64,000 nt of DNA from an uncultured Rubrivivax sp. (lineage in GTDB: Bacteria > Pseudomonadota > Gammaproteobacteria > Burkholderiales > Burkholderiaceae_C): NCBI GenBank assembly GCA_964244245.1, contig CAXTHW010000010.1, positions 52,764-116,763 on the forward strand. The letters run 5' to 3'. The notes beneath the pieces are model-generated. The model saw nothing but the letters and a program-made list of their open reading frames with translations. It had not been told where the DNA came from and searched no databases. The number at the start of each line of letters is the position of its first letter. Position 1 is the first letter of the stretch. Of this stretch, positions 27,912 through 36,818 are shown piece by piece. Position numbers and translations under genes: made by a program.

Positions 27912-29915
27912 ATGTTCAAGAAGATATTGATTGCCAACCGGGGTGAGATCGCCTGCCGCGTGGCCACCACCGCGCGCCGGCTGGGCGTGCAGACGGTGGC
28001 GGTGTATTCCGACGCCGATGCAGGCGCGCGCCATGTGCAGCTCTGCGACGAGGCGGTGCACGTCGGCGGCGCGGCGCCGCGCGACAGCTACCTTCAGTGG
28101 CAGCGCATCATCGACGCGGCGCTTGCCAGTGGCGCCCAGGCCATCCACCCCGGCTATGGCTTCCTGAGCGAGAACGAAGCCTTTGCGCGCGCCTGCGCCA
28201 GTGCGGGGCTGGCCTTCATCGGGCCGCCGGCATCGGCCATCGCCGCGATGGGCAGCAAGTCGGCCGCCAAGACGCTGATGGCCGAGGCCGGCGTGCCGCT
28301 GGTGCCCGGCTACCACGGGCGCGACAACAGCCCGGCGCTGCTGGCCGCCGAAGCCGCGCGCATCGGCTACCCGGTGCTCATCAAGGCCAGCGCAGGCGGC
28401 GGCGGCAAGGGCATGCGGCGGGTGGACCAGGCCGACGACTTTGCCGCCGCGCTGGCCTCCTGCCAGCGCGAGGCCAAGGCCAGCTTCGGCGACGACCATG
28501 TGCTGGTCGAGCGCTACGTCACGCGGCCGCGGCACATCGAGATCCAGGTCTTCGGCGACAGCCACGGCGGCTGCATCCACCTCTTCGAGCGCGACTGCTC
28601 GGTGCAGCGCCGGCACCAGAAGGTGCTGGAAGAAGCGCCCGCGCCGGGCATGACGGCCGGGCGCCGCGCGGAGATGGGCGCCGCCGCGGTGGCCGCCGCC
28701 AAGGCAGTGGGCTATGTCGGCGCCGGCACGGTGGAGTTCATCGCCGAACAGCTCGACGACGGCGACCTGCGCTTCTACTTCATGGAGATGAACACCCGGC
28801 TGCAGGTGGAGCACCCCGTCACCGAGGCCATCACCGGGCTGGACCTGGTGGAGTGGCAGCTCCGCGTGGCCGGTGGCGAGGTGCTGCCGCTGCGCCAGCA
28901 CGAGCTGGCCATCCACGGCCACGCCATCGAAGCGCGCATCTGCGCCGAGAACCCGGATGCCAACTTCCTGCCTGCCACCGGCACGCTGCAGGTGGCGCGC
29001 TGGCCCGCGCACGTGGCCTTCCAGCGCGGCGGCGGCGTGTTGCCGCGGGTGGACAGCGGCTTCGAGGAAGGCGATGCGGTCAGCCCCTTTTACGACTCGA
29101 TGATCGCCAAGCTCATCGTCTGGGGCGCAGACCGCGCGCAGGCGCTGGCCCGGCTGGACGCGGCGCTGCGCGACACCCACCTGATGGGGCTGTCCACCAA
29201 CGTCGCCTTTCTTCGCCGCGTGGTCAACAGCCGCGCCTTCTCGACGGCCGACCTGGACACGGCGCTGATCGAGCGCGAGCGCGCGGCGCTCTTCGAGGCG
29301 CCGCCGCTGCCAGGCGCACTGGCGGCGGCCGGCGTGGCCGCCCATGCGCTGGCCGCCGAAGCCGCGCTGGAAGATGCCGACCCCTGGTCGCGGCGCGACG
29401 GCTGGCGGCTGCACGGCGGCGCGCAGCGGCGTTTTCAGCTTGAGGTGCAGGGCCAGCGGCTGGCGGTGCGCCTGGAGCGCCTGCACGACGGCGCCACCGT
29501 GCTGCAGGTGGACGGCGCGCGGCTGCCGTTCAGTGCCCATGCGCTGGGCGACGGCCGCCACACGCTGCTGCTGGACGGCCAGCGCCACACGTTGAGCGTC
29601 TATCGCCAGGGCGAGCGCTACGCGGTGTTCGCCACGCAGGGCAGCGCGCTGGTCAACGAGTACGACCCGGTGGCCCACGCCGGCGACCACGCGGCAGAAG
29701 GCGGCCGGCTGACGGCCCCGATGCCCGGCAAGGTGATCGCCTTCCTGGCCCGCCAGGGCGACGCCGTCAAGCAGGGCCAGGCGCTGGCGGTGATGGAGGC
29801 GATGAAGATGGAGCACACGATCAACGCGCCGCGCGACGGCGTGGTGGGCGAGCTGCTCTATGCGGTGGGCGACCAGGTCGCCGAGGGCGGCGAGCTGCTG
29901 CGGCTGGCCGAATGA
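27912..29915 (+). CDS. liuD: 3-methylcrotonyl-CoA carboxylase alpha (biotin carboxylase + biotin carrier) subunit
   Basis: ILIANRGEIA, HPGYGFLSEN, EMNTRLQVEH, EAMKM biotinylation site. Confidence 0.96.
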   Translation: MFKKILIANRGEIACRVATTARRLGVQTVAVYSDADAGARHVQLCDEAVHVGGAAPRDSYLQWQRIIDAALASGAQAIHPGYGFLSENEAFARACASAGLAFIGPPASAIAAMGSKSAAKTLMAEAGVPLVPGYHGRDNSPALLAAEAARIGYPVLIKASAGGGGKGMRRVDQADDFAAALASCQREAKASFGDDHVLVERYVTRPRHIEIQVFGDSHGGCIHLFERDCSVQRRHQKVLEEAPAPGMTAGRRAEMGAAAVAAAKAVGYVGAGTVEFIAEQLDDGDLRFYFMEMNTRLQVEHPVTEAITGLDLVEWQLRVAGGEVLPLRQHELAIHGHAIEARICAENPDANFLPATGTLQVARWPAHVAFQRGGGVLPRVDSGFEEGDAVSPFYDSMIAKLIVWGADRAQALARLDAALRDTHLMGLSTNVAFLRRVVNSRAFSTADLDTALIERERAALFEAPPLPGALAAAGVAAHALAAEAALEDADPWSRRDGWRLHGGAQRRFQLEVQGQRLAVRLERLHDGATVLQVDGARLPFSAHALGDGRHTLLLDGQRHTLSVYRQGERYAVFATQGSALVNEYDPVAHAGDHAAEGGRLTAPMPGKVIAFLARQGDAVKQGQALAVMEAMKMEHTINAPRDGVVGELLYAVGDQVAEGGELLRLAE

Positions 29916-29934
29916 CGCCCGAGCCTGCGGCCGG

Positions 29935-30333
29935 CTACCGGCCCAGCCAGCGCCCTGGCGAAAACCACGGCCGTGGCGCGGCCGGCGACGGGCCGGCGTT
30001 CATCTCGATCTGCGAGTCGCCTGCCTGGAGTGATGGGAGCGACGGGTGTGATGGGCGAGACGGGTGTGATGGGCGCGACAACGAGAAGCCGCTGCTCTCG
30101 GCGCCGAAAGACGACGGGTGGCCGTGCTCGTCGATGGGCTCCACCAGCGCCACGCGGAAGTGCTGCGCCAGCGACGCCAGGTCCGAGCCCGGCAGTGCGT
30201 CGCAGACCAGCAGCACGTCGCGCGCGTACACGGGCTGGGCGATCAGGCGCTGCACGTCGATGCCCTCGCCCAGCTCCCGCATCAGCAGCAGGTTGATGCG
30301 GTTGGCGATGCGGAGCAGGCGGGCGGCGTTCAT
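29935..30333 (-). CDS. Hypothetical protein (about 132 aa)
   Basis: Protein-like N-half MNAARLLRIANRINLLLMRELGEGIDV; fills the gap between liuD and liuE; low-complexity C-terminus. Confidence 0.65.
   Translation of the reverse strand: MNAARLLRIANRINLLLMRELGEGIDVQRLIAQPVYARDVLLVCDALPGSDLASLAQHFRVALVEPIDEHGHPSSFGAESSGFSLSRPSHPSRPSHPSLPSLQAGDSQIEMNAGPSPAAPRPWFSPGRWLGR
30030..30083. repeat. 18-bp tandem repeat x3
   Basis: GTGATGGGAGCGACGGGT / GTGATGGGCGAGACGGGT / GTGATGGGCGCGACAACG. Confidence 0.85.
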
Positions 30334-30414
30334 CTCGGTTTGCAGTCTGAACGCTGGCCGGCAAAAGCACCATCCCCCAGAGTGCCGATCCGCGTGGCTA
30401 TAGTCTGCGGCACG

Positions 30415-31347
30415 ATGCAACCCACACATGTCACCCTGGTGGAGGTCGGCCCGCGCGACGGCCTGCAGAACGAGGCCACACCCGTCTCCACGGCCACCAA
30501 GATCGAGCTGGTGCAGCGGCTGCAAGCCGCCGGCTGCCGCGAGATCGAGGTCACCAGCTACGTCAGCCCCAAATGGGTGCCGCAGATGGCCGACAACAGC
30601 GCGGTGATGGCCGGCGTGCGGCGCGTGCCCGGCGTTCGCTATTCGGTGCTGACCCCCAACATGAAGGGGCTGGAGGCTGCGCTGGCCCACCCCGCCGCCC
30701 GGCCCGACGAGATCGTCGTCTTCGCCGCCGCCACCGAGGCCTTCAGCCAGCGCAACATCAACTGCTCCATCGAAGACAGCATCGAGCGCTTCCGCCCGGT
30801 GGTGGCCGCCGCGCAGGCGGCCGGCGTCAAGGTGCGGGCCGCCATCTCCTGCGCCGTGGGCTGCCCCTACCAGGGCGACGTCAGCGCCGACGAAGTAGAG
30901 CGCGTGGTGCTGCTGCTCAAAGGCATCGGGGTGGACCATTGCGGCGTGGCCGACACCATCGGCGTCGGCACGCCGGGCAAGGTGCAGGCGGTGATGGAGC
31001 GCGCGCTCAAGCACTACCCGCTGGCGCAAGTGAGCGGCCATTTCCACGACACCTACGGCCAGGCGCTGGCCAACATCCACGGCTGCCTTCAGATGGGCAT
31101 CCACACCTTCGACACCAGCATCGCCGGCCTCGGCGGCTGCCCCTACGCCAAGGGTGCCACCGGCAACGTGGCCAGCGAAGACGTGGTTTTCATGCTGCAC
31201 GGGCTGGGCATTCACACCGGCATCGACCTCGACGCGCTGGTCGATGCCGGCGCCTTCATCTCCGGCGTGCTGGGCCGGCCGCCGGTGTCGAGTGCCGGCA
31301 AGGCGCTGCTCGCCAAGCGTGCCAGCCGCGCGGGACAGGCGGCGTGA
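30415..31347 (+). CDS. liuE: Hydroxymethylglutaryl-CoA lyase
   Basis: VGPRDGLQNE, HFHDTYGQ, GGCPYAKGATGNV. Confidence 0.97.
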   Translation: MQPTHVTLVEVGPRDGLQNEATPVSTATKIELVQRLQAAGCREIEVTSYVSPKWVPQMADNSAVMAGVRRVPGVRYSVLTPNMKGLEAALAHPAARPDEIVVFAAATEAFSQRNINCSIEDSIERFRPVVAAAQAAGVKVRAAISCAVGCPYQGDVSADEVERVVLLLKGIGVDHCGVADTIGVGTPGKVQAVMERALKHYPLAQVSGHFHDTYGQALANIHGCLQMGIHTFDTSIAGLGGCPYAKGATGNVASEDVVFMLHGLGIHTGIDLDALVDAGAFISGVLGRPPVSSAGKALLAKRASRAGQAA

Positions 31348-31844
31348 CGGCGCTGGCAGAGCCGCAAGGCCACCCCGACGGCTTTCGGCGCGTCACGCAG
31401 GCACTGGCCGAGCGCGGCCATCCGCACGCACCGCGCTGGCTGGACGTGGCCGCGCGCACCGCACAGGAGGCAGCCGATGCGCTGGGCGTGGCGGTCGGCC
31501 AGATCGCCAAGAGCGTGGTCTTCCGCCGCCAGGCCGACGACACCGCGGTGCTGGTGGTGACGTCGGGCGACAGGCGGGTCGACGAGCGCCGCGTGGCCGC
31601 CGTCACCGGGGCGCTGCGCCGCGCCGACGCCGAATTCGTCAAGGCAAGCACCGGCTTTTCGATCGGCGGCGTGGCACCGCTGGCGCATGCCACGCCGCCG
31701 CTGACGCTCATCGACCGCGAGCTGTTCCGCTTCGCCGAAATCTGGGCCGCGGCGGGGCACCCGAACGGCGTCTTCAAGCTGTCGCCGGCCGACCTGGAGC
31801 GGCTCACCGGCGCCCCGGTGGCCGACGTGGTGCAGCAGCCGTGA
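31344..31844 (+). CDS. YbaK/EbsC-family aminoacyl-tRNA deacylase-like protein
   Basis: QIAKSVVF, TGFSIGGVAP, WAAAGHP. Confidence 0.9.
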   Translation: MTALAEPQGHPDGFRRVTQALAERGHPHAPRWLDVAARTAQEAADALGVAVGQIAKSVVFRRQADDTAVLVVTSGDRRVDERRVAAVTGALRRADAEFVKASTGFSIGGVAPLAHATPPLTLIDRELFRFAEIWAAAGHPNGVFKLSPADLERLTGAPVADVVQQP

Positions 31845-32065
31845 AGCCAGACGCCGCGGTCGCCAGCCCCTGCGTCAACATCTGCCGGATGGACGACGCC
31901 AGCGGCTGGTGCGAGGGCTGTCTGCGCACCATCGACGAGATCGCCGCATGGTCGGTGCTGAGCGACAGCGACAAGCGCGCCGTCAGCATCGAACTCAGCC
32001 GGCGGCGCCTCGCGTGGCGGCAGTTGCACCCGCCCAAGCCGGCGCCCGACTGGCGGCCGACATGA
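31841..32065 (+). CDS. DUF1289-family small Cys-rich protein
   Basis: SPCVNIC....WCEGCLRTIDEI..W. Confidence 0.88.
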   Translation: MKPDAAVASPCVNICRMDDASGWCEGCLRTIDEIAAWSVLSDSDKRAVSIELSRRRLAWRQLHPPKPAPDWRPT

Positions 32066-32625
32066 AGCCACTGACGTTCTGGTTCGACCCCATCTCACCC
32101 TTCGCCTACCTGGCTTTCGAGCAGTTGCCGCAAGCGCTGGCCGGGTGCAGCTACGCGGTGGAGTACCGGCCGGTGCTGTTCGCCGGGCTGCTGAAGCACT
32201 GGGGCCAGAAAGGGCCGGCCGAGATGGAGCCCAAGCGCGAGTGGACTTTCCGCCATGTCCAGTGGCTGGCGCGGCAGCATGGCATTGCGCTGCAAGGCCC
32301 GGCCAGCCACCCGTTCAACCCGCTGCCGCTGCTGCGCCTGGCGATTGCCGCCGGGCCCAACCGGCGCGTGGTGGAGGCCGTGTTCCGCCATGTCTGGTGC
32401 AGCGGCGGCGCCGATGCGGCCGACCCGGCACGCCTGGCGGCGCTGACGGCCAGCCTGGCGCCGGCGCGCGACCCGCACGGCGAGGACATCAAGCTCGCGC
32501 TGCGCCAGGCCACCGACGAAGCCATCGCCAGCGGCATCTTCGGCGTGCCGACGCTGGTGCTGGACGGGGTGAACCACTGGGGGCTGGACGCATTGCCGAT
32601 GCTGGCCGAGGCGCTGCGCGGCTGA
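32062..32625 (+). CDS. 2-hydroxychromene-2-carboxylate isomerase/DsbA-like (kappa GST) protein
   Basis: FWFDPISPFAY, GIFGVPT. Confidence 0.88.
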   Translation: MKPLTFWFDPISPFAYLAFEQLPQALAGCSYAVEYRPVLFAGLLKHWGQKGPAEMEPKREWTFRHVQWLARQHGIALQGPASHPFNPLPLLRLAIAAGPNRRVVEAVFRHVWCSGGADAADPARLAALTASLAPARDPHGEDIKLALRQATDEAIASGIFGVPTLVLDGVNHWGLDALPMLAEALRG

Positions 32626-32716
32626 GCGCTAGCCCCAGGACTTTCCCGGACTGCTGCCCATATCCCGCATCGCGCAACGAAGCCCGCGGGTTAGCACTCA
32701 ACTCGTAAGTTCCGTA

Positions 32717-32742
32717 TCAGCCTGGCGTCAGACCACGGTCAG
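32717..32742 (+). promoter_or_regulatory. TCAG-N7-TCAG-N7-TCAG direct repeat upstream of the MFS gene
   Basis: TCAG at 32717, 32728 and 32739; 66-91 bp upstream of the ATG. Confidence 0.5.
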
Positions 32743-32807
32743 AGCGCAGCGCCACAGTCCGCCTCCACATGCTGCCCGTCGGCGGCGCCCTCCTTGGAGA
32801 CAATCCC

Positions 32808-34499
32808 ATGGCAAGCACGGTTGCGGTCCACACCGCACCGATGACGAAAGAGGAAAAGAAGGTCATCTTCGCTTCCTCGCTCGGCACGGTGTTCGAGTGG
32901 TACGACTTCTATCTCTACGGCTCGCTGGCGCCTGTGATCGCCAAGCAGTTCTTCTCGGGCCTGGACCCGCAGGCCGCGTTCATCGCGTCGCTGCTGGCCT
33001 TTGCCGCCGGCTTCATCGTGCGGCCTTTCGGCGCGCTGGTGTTCGGCCGCGTGGGCGACATGATCGGCCGCAAGTACACCTTCCTGGTGACGATCCTGAT
33101 CATGGGTCTGTCCACCTTCATCGTCGGCGTGCTGCCGACGTATGCGTCCATCGGCATCGCGGCGCCCATCATCCTGGTGGGCCTGCGCATGCTGCAGGGC
33201 CTGGCGCTGGGCGGCGAGTACGGCGGTGCTGCCACCTATGTGGCCGAGCATGCGCCGCACGGCAAGCGCGGCGCCTACACCTCGTGGATCCAGACCACCG
33301 CCACGCTGGGCCTGTTCCTCAGCCTGGTCGTCATCCTGGGCACGCGCACCGCGCTCGGTGAGGCCACCTTCGGTGACTGGGGCTGGCGCATTCCGTTCAT
33401 CGTCTCGATCCTGCTGCTGGCCGTCAGCGTGTGGATCCGGCTGTCGATGAACGAGTCGCCTGCCTTCAAGAAGATGAAGGACGAGGGCCGCACCTCCAAG
33501 GCGCCGCTGACCGAGTCTTTCGGCCAGTGGAAGAACGCCAAGATCGTGGCGCTGGCGCTGTTCGGCCTGGTGATGGGCCAGGGCGTGGTGTGGTACTCGG
33601 GCCAGTTCTACGCGCTGTTCTTCATGACCAGCGTGCTGAAGGTCGATAGCGCCACGGCCAACATCCTGATCGCCGCGTCGCTGTTGATCGGCACGCCGTT
33701 CTTCGTGGTGTTCGGCACGCTGTCCGACAAGATCGGCCGCAAGCCCATCATCATGGCCGGCCTGCTGCTGGCGGTGCTGACCTACTTCCCGCTGTTCAAG
33801 GCGCTCACCGAGACGGCCAACCCCGACCTCGCCAAGGCGCAGGCCACCGCCAGCATCACGGTGCGGGCCGACCCCGCCACCTGCTCGTTCCAGGGCAGCC
33901 CGATCGCACGCGAGATCGACTTCACCTCGGGTTGCGACATCGCCAAGCGCTCGCTGACGCAGAACTCGGCCAGCTACGCCAACGAGCCGCTGCCCCCCGG
34001 CAGCCCGGCCACGGTGAAGATCGGCGAGAAAGAGCTGACGCCGCCCATCGGCGTGGTGGCTGCCGCCGGCCACAAGTTCGACGAAGCGTCGGGCAAGGCC
34101 ATTGCCGGCTTCAAGAAGGAAGTGACCGAGGCGCTGAAGGCCGCAGGCTACCCCGCCAAGGCCAAGCCGATCGAGTTCATGAGCGGCCAATGGTGGCAGT
34201 GCGTGGCCATTCTGCTGGTGCTGGTGATCTACGTGACCATGGTCTATGGCCCGATCGCGGCGATGCTGGTGGAGCTGTTCCCCACGCGCATCCGCTACAC
34301 GTCGATGAGCCTCCCCTACCACGTGGGCAACGGCTGGTTCGGCGGGTTGCTGCCGTCGGTCACCTTTGCGATGGTGGCGCAGAACGGCAACATGTACTAC
34401 GGCCTGTGGTACCCCATCGTGATCGCCTCGGTGTGCTTCGTGATCGGCATGATCTTCGTGCGCGAGACCAAGGACCGCGACATCTACGCCAACGACTGA
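32808..34499 (+). CDS. MFS metabolite:H+ symporter (MHS family) with a large periplasmic insertion
   Basis: EWYDF, GDMIGRK, GGEYGGA, ELFPTRIRY; RBS GGAGA. Confidence 0.93.
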   Translation: MASTVAVHTAPMTKEEKKVIFASSLGTVFEWYDFYLYGSLAPVIAKQFFSGLDPQAAFIASLLAFAAGFIVRPFGALVFGRVGDMIGRKYTFLVTILIMGLSTFIVGVLPTYASIGIAAPIILVGLRMLQGLALGGEYGGAATYVAEHAPHGKRGAYTSWIQTTATLGLFLSLVVILGTRTALGEATFGDWGWRIPFIVSILLLAVSVWIRLSMNESPAFKKMKDEGRTSKAPLTESFGQWKNAKIVALALFGLVMGQGVVWYSGQFYALFFMTSVLKVDSATANILIAASLLIGTPFFVVFGTLSDKIGRKPIIMAGLLLAVLTYFPLFKALTETANPDLAKAQATASITVRADPATCSFQGSPIAREIDFTSGCDIAKRSLTQNSASYANEPLPPGSPATVKIGEKELTPPIGVVAAAGHKFDEASGKAIAGFKKEVTEALKAAGYPAKAKPIEFMSGQWWQCVAILLVLVIYVTMVYGPIAAMLVELFPTRIRYTSMSLPYHVGNGWFGGLLPSVTFAMVAQNGNMYYGLWYPIVIASVCFVIGMIFVRETKDRDIYAND

Positions 34500-34537
34500 A
34501 CCGCTGCGGCCTGAGGGCCGCTGCCTCTCGATGGTTT

Positions 34538-34573
34538 CGATGGGCCGGGCCGCGCGAGCGGCCCGGCCCATCG
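34538..34573 (+). terminator. 16-bp perfect hairpin with GCGA (GNRA) loop, terminator-like
   Basis: CGATGGGCCGGGCCGC-GCGA-GCGGCCCGGCCCATCG; only a weak U-tract follows. Confidence 0.55.
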
Positions 34574-34574
34574 C

Positions 34575-34600
34575 CGTTTGCGGCGTTTGCGGCGTTTGCG
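34575..34600 (+). repeat. 9-bp tandem (CGTTTGCGG) about x3 directly before a start codon
   Basis: Copies at 34575 and 34584, partial copy at 34593; ATG at 34603. Confidence 0.8.
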
Positions 34601-34602
34601 CC

Positions 34603-35235
34603 ATGGCCCACACCTCTTCGCTCTTTGCACAGTCGCTGCTGATCGGCCTGTCGATCGCGGCGCCGGTCGGGCCCATCGGGCTGCTGGTGATCCAGCGCAC
34701 GCTGCAACGCGGCACTGCCGTCGGGCTGGCCACCGGCCTGGGCGCGGCGGTGGCCGACGCGGCCTACGGCGCGCTGGGGGCCTTCGGCGTCACCGGCCTC
34801 GTCGGCGCACTGGCGGCGGCGCGCCTGCCGCTGGCACTCGGTGGCGGCGCGTTTCTGCTGTGGCTGGCCTGGACGACATGGCACGCCCCAGCGGCCGACG
34901 GGCCGGCGCCGGCAGACGCCCGCCAGCCGGCGCGGCTCGGCCTGCCGCAGGCCTTTGCCGGAAGCTGCCTGCTGACCTTGTCGAACCCGGCGACGGTCTT
35001 TTCGTTCATCGCGGTGTTCGGCACGCTGGCGGGCCAAGGCGCGCCGCCGCAGCCCTGGACCATGGTGCTGGGCGTGCTGTCCGGCTCGGCGCTCTGGTGG
35101 CTGCTTCTCAGCGCGGCGGTGGGCCGGCTGCGCACGCGCTTCGATGCCCGTGCGCGCCGCCTCGTCGGCCGCGCTTCGGCCCTGGTGCTGGCCGCGTTCG
35201 CGCTGTGGCAATGGGCGTCCCTGCTGGCGGCTTGA
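34603..35235 (+). CDS. LysE-family transporter
   Basis: GLSIAAPVGPIG, LTLSNPAT, GSALWW. Confidence 0.9.
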   Translation: MAHTSSLFAQSLLIGLSIAAPVGPIGLLVIQRTLQRGTAVGLATGLGAAVADAAYGALGAFGVTGLVGALAAARLPLALGGGAFLLWLAWTTWHAPAADGPAPADARQPARLGLPQAFAGSCLLTLSNPATVFSFIAVFGTLAGQGAPPQPWTMVLGVLSGSALWWLLLSAAVGRLRTRFDARARRLVGRASALVLAAFALWQWASLLAA

Positions 35236-35272
35236 CGCGTCCGCGGCAGGGCGCCTGGCAGCCGGCAGCCGG

Positions 35273-36814
35273 TCAGGCCATGAACAGCGCCTTGTGCTGC
35301 TCGCGCAGCAGGTTCTTCTGCACCTTGCCCATCGCGTTGCGGGGCAGCTCGGCCACCACGTCCACCCGCTTGGGCACCTTGAAGTTGGCGATCTTCGCCT
35401 TCAGCGCCGCGCCGATGGCAGGGCCGCTGAGCGCCGCGCCGGGGCGCGCCACCACCACGGCCACCACCGCCTCGCCGAAGTCGGGGTGCGGCACGCCGAT
35501 CACGGCCGACTCGGCCACACCGTCCATCTCGTTGATGTGGCTTTCGATCTCTGCCGGATAGACGTTGTAGCCGCCGCTGATGATGAGGTCCTTGCTGCGG
35601 CCGACGATCCTGACGTAGCCGGCAGCGTCGATGAGCCCCACGTCGCCGGTCTTGAACCAGCCGTCGGCGCTGAACTCCTCGGCCGTCTTCTCCGGCATGC
35701 GCCAGTAGCCCTTGAAGACATTCGGCCCCTGCACCTCGATGCCGCCGATCTCGCCTGCCGCAAGCGTGTGGCCGCCGTCGCCCTGCACGCGCAGGCCCAC
35801 GCCGGGCAACGGCATGCCCACCGTGCCGCCCCTGCGTGCGCTTTCGGGCCGGTAGGGGTTGGACGTCAGCATCACCGTCTCGCTCATGCCGTAGCGCTCG
35901 AGGATGGTGTGGCCGCTGCGCTGCTGCCAGTCGGTGAAGGTCTCGATCAGCAGCGGCGCCGAGCCGCTGATGAAAAGGCGCATGCCGCCGCACACCTGGG
36001 GCGTCAGGCCCGGCTCGGCCAGCAGCCGGACGTAGAGCGTGGGCACGCCCATGAACACCGTGGCCTCTGGCAGGCGGGCCAGCACCGCGCGCGGGTCGAA
36101 CTTCGAAAACCACAACATGCGCGCGCCGCTGAGCAAGGCGCCGTGCGAGGCCACGAAGAGGCCGTGCACATGGAAGATCGGCAGCGCATGGAGCAGCACG
36201 TCCTGCGGCTGCCAGGCCCAGTGCTCCTTGAGCACCAGCGCGTTGGACAGCAGGTTGCCGTGGCTCAGCATCGCGCCCTTGCTGCGCCCGGTGGTGCCGC
36301 TGGTGTAGAGGATGGCGGCCAGATCGTCGCTGCCGCGGGCCGCCGGCGCGTGCGCCGTGCCGTGGAAGGCGGCGCGGTCCAGCAGGCTGCCGCTGCGGTC
36401 GTCGTTCAGCGTGAAGACATTGCGCACGCCGGCCGCGAAAGCCGCCTTGCTCACCCAGCTGAAGTGCCTGCCGCTGCACACCACCACGGCCGGCTCGGCA
36501 TTGGCGAGAAAGTAGCCGATTTCTGCCGCCTGGTAGGCCGGGTTCAGCGGCAGATAGACATGGCCGGCGCGCAGCACGGCCAGGTACAGCGCCAGCGCCT
36601 CCACGCTCTTGTCAGTCTGCACCGCAATGCGCGACGAGGGCGGCAGGTCCAGCGAGTCCAGCAGGTTGGCCAGCATCGCCGACGCAGCGTCCAGGTCGCG
36701 CCAGGTGTAGCGCAGCGGCGCGGGGGTGTCGGCGGTCTCGATGGCCACCTGGTCCAGGTCGGCCGGGAAGGCGGCGCGCAGCGCGCAGAACAGGTTCTGG
36801 TTGGTGCCGGCCAT
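35273..36814 (-). CDS. matB: Malonyl-CoA synthetase
   Basis: YTSGTTGRSKGAMLSHGNL, ERYGMSET, FKTGD, PRNAMGKVQK; matA nearby. Confidence 0.92.
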   Translation of the reverse strand: MAGTNQNLFCALRAAFPADLDQVAIETADTPAPLRYTWRDLDAASAMLANLLDSLDLPPSSRIAVQTDKSVEALALYLAVLRAGHVYLPLNPAYQAAEIGYFLANAEPAVVVCSGRHFSWVSKAAFAAGVRNVFTLNDDRSGSLLDRAAFHGTAHAPAARGSDDLAAILYTSGTTGRSKGAMLSHGNLLSNALVLKEHWAWQPQDVLLHALPIFHVHGLFVASHGALLSGARMLWFSKFDPRAVLARLPEATVFMGVPTLYVRLLAEPGLTPQVCGGMRLFISGSAPLLIETFTDWQQRSGHTILERYGMSETVMLTSNPYRPESARRGGTVGMPLPGVGLRVQGDGGHTLAAGEIGGIEVQGPNVFKGYWRMPEKTAEEFSADGWFKTGDVGLIDAAGYVRIVGRSKDLIISGGYNVYPAEIESHINEMDGVAESAVIGVPHPDFGEAVVAVVVARPGAALSGPAIGAALKAKIANFKVPKRVDVVAELPRNAMGKVQKNLLREQHKALFMA

Positions 36815-36818
36815 GGCG

